From positions 160,001 through 224,000 of the forward strand of contig JBCCHT010000013.1 in NCBI GenBank assembly GCA_039028615.1: a DNA stretch of 64,000 bases, written 5' to 3'. Origin of the DNA: Myxococcota bacterium (GTDB lineage: Bacteria > Myxococcota_A > Polyangia > Nannocystales > Nannocystaceae). Positions 19,473 to 27,579 of this stretch are shown piece by piece (position 1 is the first letter of the stretch; every line of letters starts with the position of its first letter). A model generated the notes under the pieces. The model did no database searches and was not told the origin of the DNA. It worked only from the letters and a program-made list of their open reading frames with translations. The position numbers were made by a program, and so were the translations under genes.

Positions 19473-21620
19473 TCAGGGAGCGTTGGGCCCCGCGTCGAGG
19501 CGATCGAGCACGAACGCCAGCGTATCGACCTCGGCGTCGATGCGGTCGCCCACGCGGGGCGAGCCACCGTGGCCTGCCCCTCGTTCGATGCGAAGCAGCG
19601 CATCGGCCCCCGCGTGCTGCATCGCCGCCACGTACTTGCGCGCGTGCATCGGGTCCACGCGGTCGTCGTTGTCCGCCGAGAGCATCAGCAGCGCGGGATA
19701 GTGCCTCTGCGGCCGGACCTTGTGCAGCGGCGAGTAGCCCCACAGCCACCCGAACTGCTCCGGATCCTCCGCCGACCCGTACTCTCCGATCCACGTCGGC
19801 CCGCTGCCGAAGCGATGGAAGCGAATCATGTCGAGCAGCGGCACCGCGCACACCACCGCCCCGAACAGCTCGGGTCGCTGAGTCGACACCGCGCCCACCA
19901 GCAGCCCGCCGTTGGAGCCCCCACGAATCGCCAGCCGTGACGCCTGCGTATAGCCCTCGGCCTGCAGGTACTCCGCCGCCGCGATGAAATCGTCGAACGT
20001 GTTCTGCTTGTTCGCCCGTCGCCCTGCGTCGTGCCACGCCTCGCCGTACTCACCTCCGCCGCGCAGGTTGGGCATCGCCCACACCCCGCCGCGGCCGGCC
20101 CACACCGCCGCCGTGGCCGAGAAGCTCGGCTGCAGCGACACCCCGAAGCCCCCGTAGCCCGTCAGTATGGTGGGGCGGTTGCCGTCCAAAACCACATCGT
20201 CGCGATGCAGCACGAACATGCTGACCGGCGTGCCGTCCCGCGACTCCACGCTGACCTGATGAAGCTCGAGGTGCTCGTCGACCGGCACATCGATCGCCTC
20301 CCAGGTCCTCAGCGTCCCGCTGTCCATCGACAGCGACCCCACCTGTGGCGCGCGGTTCATCGCCCCGTGGTGCACGTACACCACATCCGATTCCGCTCGC
20401 CCCGAGATGGCCGAAATGCTGGTGAACCCGTCGAAGTCGACCTCGTGCACCGCGGCCCCGGACAGCTCGCGAATCTCCAGCGAAGAGCTCGCCTTCTTCA
20501 AGTAGCGAAGCAGCAGCCGTCCGCCGAATACCCCGGCCGATTCCAGCGTGCCGTCTTGCTGTGCCACCACCGTTCGCCAGTGCTCCGGGCTCGGTTGGTC
20601 GGGGTCGACCTCGACCACCCGAAACCGGGGCGCATCGTGGTCGGTGAGGACGAAGTAGCGCCCCTCATGGCTCGACACCGACGCCAGCGCATCGTGCCCG
20701 ACGAACAGGGGGCGCCACGGGACCGCCTCGGTCGTTGCCTCGCGCAGATACACATCCGTCGCCGACCACCCGTGCTGCACGTGAAGCGCCCACGTGCGCC
20801 CCTCGTCGAGCGACTCGACCCCGACGAACGTCGCGGCGTCACCCAAGGGCCCGTAGATGACCTCGTCCTGCGACACTGGAGTCCCGAGCACATGAACCCG
20901 AACCTCGGCGTGTCGGGGCAGCTCGGGCGCGGGGATCGACGGGTCATCGGGCAGCCCCGTATACGCAAACGACCGTCCATCGGCCGCCCAAGCCGCTGCC
21001 GCATAGCGTGCCCCCGCGATCCGATCTGCTCGATCACGCCCCGTATCGACCTCTCGAATGCGTAGCTCGGCCGCGTCGGCCCCATCGAAGCTCCGTAGGT
21101 ACGCCACCAGGCGACCATCGGGGCTCGGCACGAACGCACGCACGCTGATTCGACCGTGCGAGTCCAGCTGCAGCGGATCGAGCACGACCCGCTCGCGCCC
21201 GTCGTCCTCCCGCACGTACCACACCGCATGGTCGTGGCCGGCGGAGCGGCGGGCGAAGAACAACCGCGAGCCGCGATGGACGGGCACTGAAATCGAGTCC
21301 ACGTCGATCAGTGCGCGTAGCTGCTGCGCCAGCTGTTGTCGACGGGGGAGTGCGCTCAGGTCGGCTCGGGCATACTGGTCCTGCGCGTCCATCCACGCCT
21401 GGACCTCGGGTTCATCCACCTCCTCGAGCCATCGATAGGGGTCCGCGACGTCGACCCCATGCATTCGGTCGACGACGTTCTCGCGACGGGTGGAGGGGGG
21501 ACCCTGCCTTCGCACTGCGGCGCATTCATCGACCTCCTTGGTCTCGGCCGTGGGGGGCGTGCAGCTGCCGATTCCAGCCAGCATTGCGGTGAGCATGAGG
21601 CATCGATCGGCGGAACTCAT
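19473..21620 (-). CDS. Prolyl oligopeptidase (S9A)
   Basis: DPYRWLE, GYGGF, NLRGGGEYG, GGSNGG (Ser), DDRV (Asp), AGHG (His). Confidence 0.95.
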   Translation of the reverse strand: MSSADRCLMLTAMLAGIGSCTPPTAETKEVDECAAVRRQGPPSTRRENVVDRMHGVDVADPYRWLEEVDEPEVQAWMDAQDQYARADLSALPRRQQLAQQLRALIDVDSISVPVHRGSRLFFARRSAGHDHAVWYVREDDGRERVVLDPLQLDSHGRISVRAFVPSPDGRLVAYLRSFDGADAAELRIREVDTGRDRADRIAGARYAAAAWAADGRSFAYTGLPDDPSIPAPELPRHAEVRVHVLGTPVSQDEVIYGPLGDAATFVGVESLDEGRTWALHVQHGWSATDVYLREATTEAVPWRPLFVGHDALASVSSHEGRYFVLTDHDAPRFRVVEVDPDQPSPEHWRTVVAQQDGTLESAGVFGGRLLLRYLKKASSSLEIRELSGAAVHEVDFDGFTSISAISGRAESDVVYVHHGAMNRAPQVGSLSMDSGTLRTWEAIDVPVDEHLELHQVSVESRDGTPVSMFVLHRDDVVLDGNRPTILTGYGGFGVSLQPSFSATAAVWAGRGGVWAMPNLRGGGEYGEAWHDAGRRANKQNTFDDFIAAAEYLQAEGYTQASRLAIRGGSNGGLLVGAVSTQRPELFGAVVCAVPLLDMIRFHRFGSGPTWIGEYGSAEDPEQFGWLWGYSPLHKVRPQRHYPALLMLSADNDDRVDPMHARKYVAAMQHAGADALLRIERGAGHGGSPRVGDRIDAEVDTLAFVLDRLDAGPNAP

Positions 21621-21827
21621 CGGCGTTAGGGTAGCGGGTCGGGGGGGATTCGTCCTGTTGGTGGGGGGCGAAAACCTTGGGCGAAGGCGGGGCTGGGGAG
21701 CAAATGTGCAGGGCGTAGGGTGTGGTTGCGGGGCGTTTTTTCGCTTAGCGGAGGGGCGAGAATGTTCGGGCAGAGGTGCGAGATTTAGTTTGGCGATGGC
21801 TTGGAATGCTTGGCGAAGGGTCGAGAA

Positions 21828-21981
21828 TGTTCGAACGGGAGGCTTGCCTGTTGACGGCTGGAACCCTCCCCGGACGTGCTCGGCGGCCGTTGCAACTGGG
21901 TGTTTCTCGAAGGTAGTCGGCGGCCGCCTCCGCGCGACCGGGCCCCCTCCATCCTGCGCGGCTTCGCTTCAGCCCTCCCCG
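21828..21981 (+). repeat. 154-bp non-coding repeat, copy 1 (MITE/REP-like; 12-bp inverted repeats at 21829-21840 and 21991-22002)
   Basis: TGTTCGAAC...GCCTGTTGACGGCTGGAACCCTCCCCGG...GGCTTCGCTTCAGCCCTCCCCG; near-identical to copies 2 and 3. Confidence 0.9.
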
Positions 21982-22102
21982 AACTCGAAGTCCCGTTCGA
22001 ACGGTGGTGTGGGTCCTGCTTGGGTGGGGCTGGTTTTACGTGGGGGGTTGAAGAGGTCGGTGCCTGGTGGAGGAGGGGGGACTTGGAGGTGCGCTTGCGG
22101 AG

Positions 22103-22256
22103 TGTTCGAACAGCGGGCTCGCCTGTTGACGGCTGGAACCCTCCCCGGACGTGCTCGGCGGCCGTTGCAACTGGGTGTTTCTCGAAGGTAGTCGGCGGCC
22201 GCCTCCGCGCGACCGGGCCCCCTCCATCCTACTCGGCTTCGCTTCAGCCCTCCCCG
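22103..22256 (+). repeat. 154-bp non-coding repeat, copy 2 (direct)
   Basis: 136-bp core 22121-22256 differs from copy 1 core 21846-21981 at 2 positions. Confidence 0.9.
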
Positions 22257-22424
22257 CGGCACTGGCTCCCGAGCGGGCGGTTGTGTCATGAGGTGCTCGG
22301 GGGGCGTCGTTGAATTTTTGGGGCGTCGTGGGTGGGGAGCCGGTCGGAACTCGGGAATGAGGCAGTTTGGATTGAGACCTCTGCGAGGAGCGCCGGTGTA
22401 GGGGGCGGCGCCGTGCTAACGTCG

Positions 22425-23138
22425 ATGACGGTGGTTGGGATTCGGGATGGGGCGGTGGTCGTGGTGAGCGTCGTTGTTGGGGTGAGTGGGTGCGGGTCCG
22501 AGGGACCACCAAATCTGATGCCGCAGTCGCCTTATTGCGAACCGGAGGAAGTCGTCGTCGAACTCGATGAGCAGACTCCGCTGGCAGTCAGCCCGCGCGA
22601 TGTGCTCGACCGCGTCTCGGGAACGATGGAGGGGGAACTCGTTTGGTCCGGGGGCGGGGAGGGGGTTGAACTCGGGTTGAGTACCGAGGCGTCGACTTCG
22701 CCGATGACGCTCGAGGTCACCTACGAAGGCGGCTCGATGATTTTCCTCGATCAGGAATTGGTCGAGCCGGAAGGGCAGGTCAATGAAGTCGCAGTGACAT
22801 GTCCGGACCGATTGACCATCGAAGTCGTCGTGTCGTTGACCGCATCGGACGGAACATTGGCGGAGGCATGGACCTCATCGCTCATTGTCGACGCCGATCC
22901 CCAAACGGGCGCCCCCTCCGACCCGAGCCTGGCTGTCGACACCCCCTTCGCGTCACTGCACGGGACCCTGTCCGTGACGGAAATCGAACCCGACACCTGG
23001 TCGGTCTCAAACAACCTCCGCATACAGGCGGCCTTCTCCACTGGCAGTTCGTCCGGACATCTCCAAGTCGCCGTAACCGACCCGGAGGGCACCGTACGAC
23101 TAGCAGAACTCGGTTCCTGGCAAACCCTGCCCCCGTGA
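22425..23138 (+). CDS. Hypothetical acidic lipoprotein flanked by inverted repeats
   Basis: VSGC lipobox; 237 aa; many A/T-ending codons compared with neighbours. Confidence 0.7.
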   Translation: MTVVGIRDGAVVVVSVVVGVSGCGSEGPPNLMPQSPYCEPEEVVVELDEQTPLAVSPRDVLDRVSGTMEGELVWSGGGEGVELGLSTEASTSPMTLEVTYEGGSMIFLDQELVEPEGQVNEVAVTCPDRLTIEVVVSLTASDGTLAEAWTSSLIVDADPQTGAPSDPSLAVDTPFASLHGTLSVTEIEPDTWSVSNNLRIQAAFSTGSSSGHLQVAVTDPEGTVRLAELGSWQTLPP

Positions 23139-23294
23139 CAGTGCCCCCAGAGAGCCTCCCCGCGAACTCACCAAGAGCACACTCGCGAAGGCTTCCAGCC
23201 ACGACTCGGAGTAGGCACGCGAGCCCTCCGTTCAACACTCCAACCCACCACCCAACCCACATCCGCACCTCCCCTCGAACGGAAGCCGAAGCCC

Positions 23295-23448
23295 CGGGGA
23301 GGGCTGAAGCGAAGCCGCGTAGGATGGAGGGGGCCCGGTCGCGCGGAGGCGGCCGCCGACTACCTTCGAGAAACACTCGCGTGTCTCGGCCGCCGAGCAC
23401 GTCCGGGGAGGGTTCCAGCCGTCAACAGGCGAGTCTCCCGTTCGAACA
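23295..23448 (-). repeat. 154-bp non-coding repeat, copy 3 (inverted)
   Basis: Reverse complement of copies 1/2; core differences concentrated in one 10-nt block (AGACACGCGA vs TTGCAACTGG). Confidence 0.9.
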
Positions 23449-23642
23449 TCCTCAACCGCTCGCAAAGCACTCCAACCCATCACCCAAGCCAGCCCCGCGC
23501 CTCCCTCCGACCCAAGAGCAGCACCCCGCGAAGGCCTAAAGCAAAGCCACGACGAACAACGACGCCGTTTCCACCTCAAACAGACGAGCCCGTCACTCGA
23601 CCACATTCCACCACGTGCCTCAGCAAGAACCGCCAGCAGACC

Positions 23643-25352
23643 TCAACTCTCGAGCTCCGCCAAAATCCCCTCAACCCGAACCTGCTCCCGCCGCCTCCCC
23701 GGCACCAACTCCAAGTACCGCCGATAGTGCACCCGAGCCTGCTCCGGATTCCCCAGCTCCCGCTCGATATCCCCAAGCAATCGATGCAACTGCCCGAGAT
23801 CCGGCGCCAACGCCAACGCCACCTGAGCCGACCACCGCGCCCGCTCCGGCAACCCCCGCCCCAGCATCACCCGTGCATGGTCAATCGCATCGATCGCCTC
23901 CTGATAGTCCCGATACTCCTCACTGTAGAGCAGCGGATCCGCCGGGAGGTCATCGAGCGGCGCTGAAGGCCCATCGTTGCGCCCCAGCGTGCGGGAAAGG
24001 TCGATCGCCTGAAAGCGCCCCAGCGTCGAGGGCCCCTCGGCCACCCACATGACCATCGCCGTCGCATCGACCACCACCGAGTGCGTCGTGGCCATGTTCT
24101 CGAGCGCGTTGCGATTGCCCAGCCCGAGCTCCTGCTCGCCCTTGCCCCGCCGGTCTCGAAGCACGGCCACCGCCCGGTTCGCGTCGATGGGCTCCCCCGT
24201 GGTCAGCAGCTCCTCGAGCCGGTCGTAGCGATAGCCCGACGAGGTGTAGCGCCGCACCCAGTCGTTCTGCAGGTCGCTCTCGAACGCCTCGTCCACCATG
24301 TGGTCGGTCGCCCAGACGATGTTCTCGTCCTCGCCCCGCACCACACGACGGTTCTCCCGGTCCCGCGGCGCCGCCTCGAGCACCAGCGCCTTGCGCCGCA
24401 TGCCGTCGCCGATGAGCACGATGCCCGAGCTGCGCAGCTCGGCCTCGCGAATGATCTCGACGGCGCGGTCGAGGGTGTCGGCCTGCTCGAGCACGGTGCG
24501 GAGCACCAGGGGCAGGGGAGCGCCTTCCTCGGGCGGATCGTCGGTGCGCGCCGGATCCAAGGCGACGAAGATGCCCCGCGCATTGATCCCGGTGACGACG
24601 CCCATGAGGCCGGACCACCCCACGGAGGCGAAGGGGTAGCGACCGTCGGGATGATGGAAGGTCACCAGGCGGTCGGCCTCGAAGTCGCGGCCGAGGTCGA
24701 AGCTCAGGGTGCGGCCGATGATGAGGTTGCCCGGCTCGCCCGTGGAGGTGCGCTTGGGGGCGGCGGCGAACATCGTGCCACCGAGCAGGACGTCGTCGAG
24801 GCGCTGCCCGAGCCCGTACACGCACTGGTACAGGAACATGCGGTGGTAGCTGCTGATCCGGTCGTCCTCGTCGGCGGGGAGGGCTTCGGCCATGGCGGCC
24901 AGCTCCTGCCGATGTTCTTCGTCGAGGTATCGATCGGCGCCGCGATAGTCCCAGCGCAGCACCATGGCGGCGGTCCATTGTTCGAGCCAGGCGGCGTAGC
25001 GTCGCTCGAGCATGTCGCGGACGCGATCGTCGAGCTGGCGGAAGAGGCGCTCGGTGAGCCGGCCGCGGGCGTCGCCGAGCTCGACCGGCGAGCCCTCGAG
25101 GTGCAGGCGCCACAGGCGTCCGTCGCGGTCGAGCCAGGAGCGGCCGTAGTTGAGGCGGCGACCGGTGGGGTCGACCTCGAACTCGTAGCGCGGGACCTCG
25201 ACCTGAGGGGCTTCGAGCTCGGTGTAGCTGAGGTAGCCGGAGTACGACAACGCGATGAGCACGAACCCGATCCCCACCAACACCGCGGCGGCGCGGAGGA
25301 GGGCGAAGACGGGGCGACCGGCCGCCCGTGGGGTCGAGGAGAATCGCGCCAT
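23643..25352 (-). CDS. C45 family (acyl-CoA:6-APA acyltransferase-like Ntn hydrolase) protein with C-terminal TPR
   Basis: N-terminal TM; LEGSPVELG; IIGRTLSF; SVGWSGLMGVVTGINARG; RYDRLEEL; LGNRNAL..THSVV; TPR tail. Confidence 0.8.
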   Translation of the reverse strand: MARFSSTPRAAGRPVFALLRAAAVLVGIGFVLIALSYSGYLSYTELEAPQVEVPRYEFEVDPTGRRLNYGRSWLDRDGRLWRLHLEGSPVELGDARGRLTERLFRQLDDRVRDMLERRYAAWLEQWTAAMVLRWDYRGADRYLDEEHRQELAAMAEALPADEDDRISSYHRMFLYQCVYGLGQRLDDVLLGGTMFAAAPKRTSTGEPGNLIIGRTLSFDLGRDFEADRLVTFHHPDGRYPFASVGWSGLMGVVTGINARGIFVALDPARTDDPPEEGAPLPLVLRTVLEQADTLDRAVEIIREAELRSSGIVLIGDGMRRKALVLEAAPRDRENRRVVRGEDENIVWATDHMVDEAFESDLQNDWVRRYTSSGYRYDRLEELLTTGEPIDANRAVAVLRDRRGKGEQELGLGNRNALENMATTHSVVVDATAMVMWVAEGPSTLGRFQAIDLSRTLGRNDGPSAPLDDLPADPLLYSEEYRDYQEAIDAIDHARVMLGRGLPERARWSAQVALALAPDLGQLHRLLGDIERELGNPEQARVHYRRYLELVPGRRREQVRVEGILAELES

Positions 25353-25413
25353 GGCGAATGCGGCGGGTATACCTCAGGGTCGAGGACTACCGTATACTCC
25401 GCGCCCGATGCCC

Positions 25414-26109
25414 ATGCGTGCACGCACGATGAGCGGTTGGCTCCTGGCGGGGGCGGTCGTTTGGGGCGTGGCCTGTGAGCCCGAGCGCCCGCCCGCACCC
25501 GAGCGGACTGCGGCTCCCAGCGATCCCAAGGCGGCCCCCGAAGCCGAATCCGAGGCCTTCCTCGAGCCGGGCGCTGCGCCCGCGGTGCTGACCTTTGCGG
25601 GCGACCGCGGGGCCTTCTCCGACAAGGGCAAGGTCGAGGACGTCCCCGAGGAGGCGCGTGGCCTGGTCCGCGTATCGCTGCTCGAGGGACCCCGTGCCCC
25701 GGCGGGCACCGTCTGGGTCACGAACCTGCGCGAGCCCGAAGAGGACGGCCGCTTTCGCCTCCGCACGGTTCCCCGCGACCTGTTCGAAGAGCTGGCGCTG
25801 GGCCAGGGGCGCAGCAGCGAGGTGGCGCTGCCCGAGGGGCTCGAGGCGCCCGAGCAGGTCGCCGTGGCCGACGGGGTCATCGTCTACAAGACGGCGTGGT
25901 GTGGCGTCTGCAAGAAGGTCGAGTCGTACCTGAAGCGCAAGGGCGTCGACTACGAGGCCAAGGACATCGAAAAAGACCGCAGCGCGGCGGCGGAGCTGCA
26001 GGCCAAGGCGAAGACGCAGGGCGTGAAGACGGGCAGCGTGCCCATCATCGACGTGGGCGGTCAGCTCATCGTGGGCTTCGACCGCGCTCGCCTCGAAAAG
26101 CTGCTGTAG
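25414..26109 (+). CDS. Lipoprotein with C-terminal glutaredoxin (NrdH-like) domain
   Basis: GVAC lipobox; VYKTAWCGVCKK, SVPIIDVGG..IVGFD; start approximate. Confidence 0.85.
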   Translation: MRARTMSGWLLAGAVVWGVACEPERPPAPERTAAPSDPKAAPEAESEAFLEPGAAPAVLTFAGDRGAFSDKGKVEDVPEEARGLVRVSLLEGPRAPAGTVWVTNLREPEEDGRFRLRTVPRDLFEELALGQGRSSEVALPEGLEAPEQVAVADGVIVYKTAWCGVCKKVESYLKRKGVDYEAKDIEKDRSAAAELQAKAKTQGVKTGSVPIIDVGGQLIVGFDRARLEKLL

Positions 26110-26119
26110 GCCCAACAAA

Positions 26120-26154
26120 AATCTCCCACGCCGTCGGACGCGGCGCGGGAGATT
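26120..26154. terminator. Hairpin between convergent glutaredoxin and dsbD-like genes
   Basis: AATCTCCCACGCCG / CGGCGCGGGAGATT stem, preceded by A-run (T-tract on minus strand). Confidence 0.6.
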
Positions 26155-26181
26155 GAGCGAGCAGAGGCCGAGTGTGGCCGG

Positions 26182-27501
26182 CTACTCGATGGGATCGACC
26201 TGCTCGAGGAAGACCTCGGCGTCGACGAAGGTCTTGAAGTGCACGGGCGCGGCGGGCATGGCCTCGCCCTCGCGCAGGGCCTCGAAGTGGCCGCTGAGCT
26301 TTACGTCCTTGGGGTAGACGAGCACGCTGGGCAGGGTGGCGCTACCAAAGGCATCTTGCATGGTGCCGTGGTCGTCGGTGCCCTCGGTGACGTCGACCTT
26401 GATGAGGTGGAAGCGCGTGGAGAGGATGGGCTCGACCGCCTCGTCGTGGAAGGTGGCCAGCTCCATCTCTTTGCAGGGCAGGCACCAGCTGGCGGCAAAG
26501 TCGATGAGGATGGGCTTGCCGTCGGTCTCGGCCTGCTGGATCTGGGTCTCGAGCTCGGCGATGGTGGTGACCCGGTTCCAGTCGGCGGGCGGCACGTAGA
26601 CGAGGTTGTTGACCGCGACGATCGAGCCGAAGACGGTGAGCGCCACCGCGATGGCCTTGCGGAAGCGTTCGCCCGCGGGGCCGTGGAAGGACAGGTGAAT
26701 GGCACCCAGGCCCACGCCCGCGAGCACGACGGTGAGCGCGACCCAGAAGCCCCAGCTGGGGTCGAGGATGAAGTTCTCGAGCGCGGTCGACAGCGGACGC
26801 AGGAACCACAGCGCCATGACGATGAGCATCACGCCGAAGAAACTCTTGATGTACTCCATCCACGCGCCCGGGCGGAACAGGCTCGCGCCCAGGGCCACCG
26901 CGAAGAACAGGGTGCCCATGCCCAGCGCGTAGACGAACAGCAGCGAGCCGCCGTAGAAGATGCCGCTGCCCTCGGCCGAGGCCTTGGCGATGACGGCCAG
27001 CAGCGACAGCAGCACGGGCCCGGTGCAGGGCGCCGAGATGAAGCCGGAGACCAAGCCCATCAAGAACGCACCCAAGGGCCCGGTACCCCCCACCGAGTTG
27101 AGCTTGCCCTGAATGCTGGTGGGCAGCTGCAGGTCGAAGGCGCCGAACATGCTCGCGGACAGGGCCACGAGCAACAGGGCGATGGGCACGACGACGTAGG
27201 GGTTGGCCAGCCACGCTCCGAAGGCGCCACCCGTCAGTGCGACGACGATGCCGAGCGAGGTGTACAGCGTGGCCATGCCCAGCACGTAGGACGTGGCGAG
27301 AAACAGCGCGCGCGCCCGCGGGACGTTCTCGGCCCCGAACACGGCGACGGTGACGGGGATGAGCGGAAAGACGCAGGGCGTCAGGTCGACGAGCACGCCA
27401 TAGGCAAAAGCCCAGGCGTAGGCCCCCAAGCCGCCGCCCGCGAAGTCGGGTTCCATCGAGGCGAGAAGACCGGGGAGGGAGAGGCTGCTGAGCAATTCCA
27501 T
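26182..27501 (-). CDS. DsbD/CcdA-type thiol:disulfide interchange protein (TM domain + thioredoxin domain)
   Basis: LTPCVFPLIP and APCTGP TM cysteines; DFAASWCLPCKEM. Confidence 0.9.
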   Translation of the reverse strand: MELLSSLSLPGLLASMEPDFAGGGLGAYAWAFAYGVLVDLTPCVFPLIPVTVAVFGAENVPRARALFLATSYVLGMATLYTSLGIVVALTGGAFGAWLANPYVVVPIALLLVALSASMFGAFDLQLPTSIQGKLNSVGGTGPLGAFLMGLVSGFISAPCTGPVLLSLLAVIAKASAEGSGIFYGGSLLFVYALGMGTLFFAVALGASLFRPGAWMEYIKSFFGVMLIVMALWFLRPLSTALENFILDPSWGFWVALTVVLAGVGLGAIHLSFHGPAGERFRKAIAVALTVFGSIVAVNNLVYVPPADWNRVTTIAELETQIQQAETDGKPILIDFAASWCLPCKEMELATFHDEAVEPILSTRFHLIKVDVTEGTDDHGTMQDAFGSATLPSVLVYPKDVKLSGHFEALREGEAMPAAPVHFKTFVDAEVFLEQVDPIE

Positions 27502-27579
27502 GGGGGGCCAGTGCGTGCGAAAGACGGCTTCGATGGAGTCAACGGGATGAGGTGGCGGATCGTTAGCCCTGCGCGGAAC

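Noticed and set aside
21490..22512. ORFs running through the repeats (21490-22191, 21876-22313, 22036-22512; also 22882-23400, 23232-23606)
   Set aside because: The same DNA is read in different frames in different copies and codon usage is not host-like; most likely non-coding.
21828..23448. CRISPR array or integron attC interpretation of the repeats
   Set aside because: Units are 154 bp, few and partly inverted, with no regular short spacers; no cas or integrase gene; no clear attC core sites.
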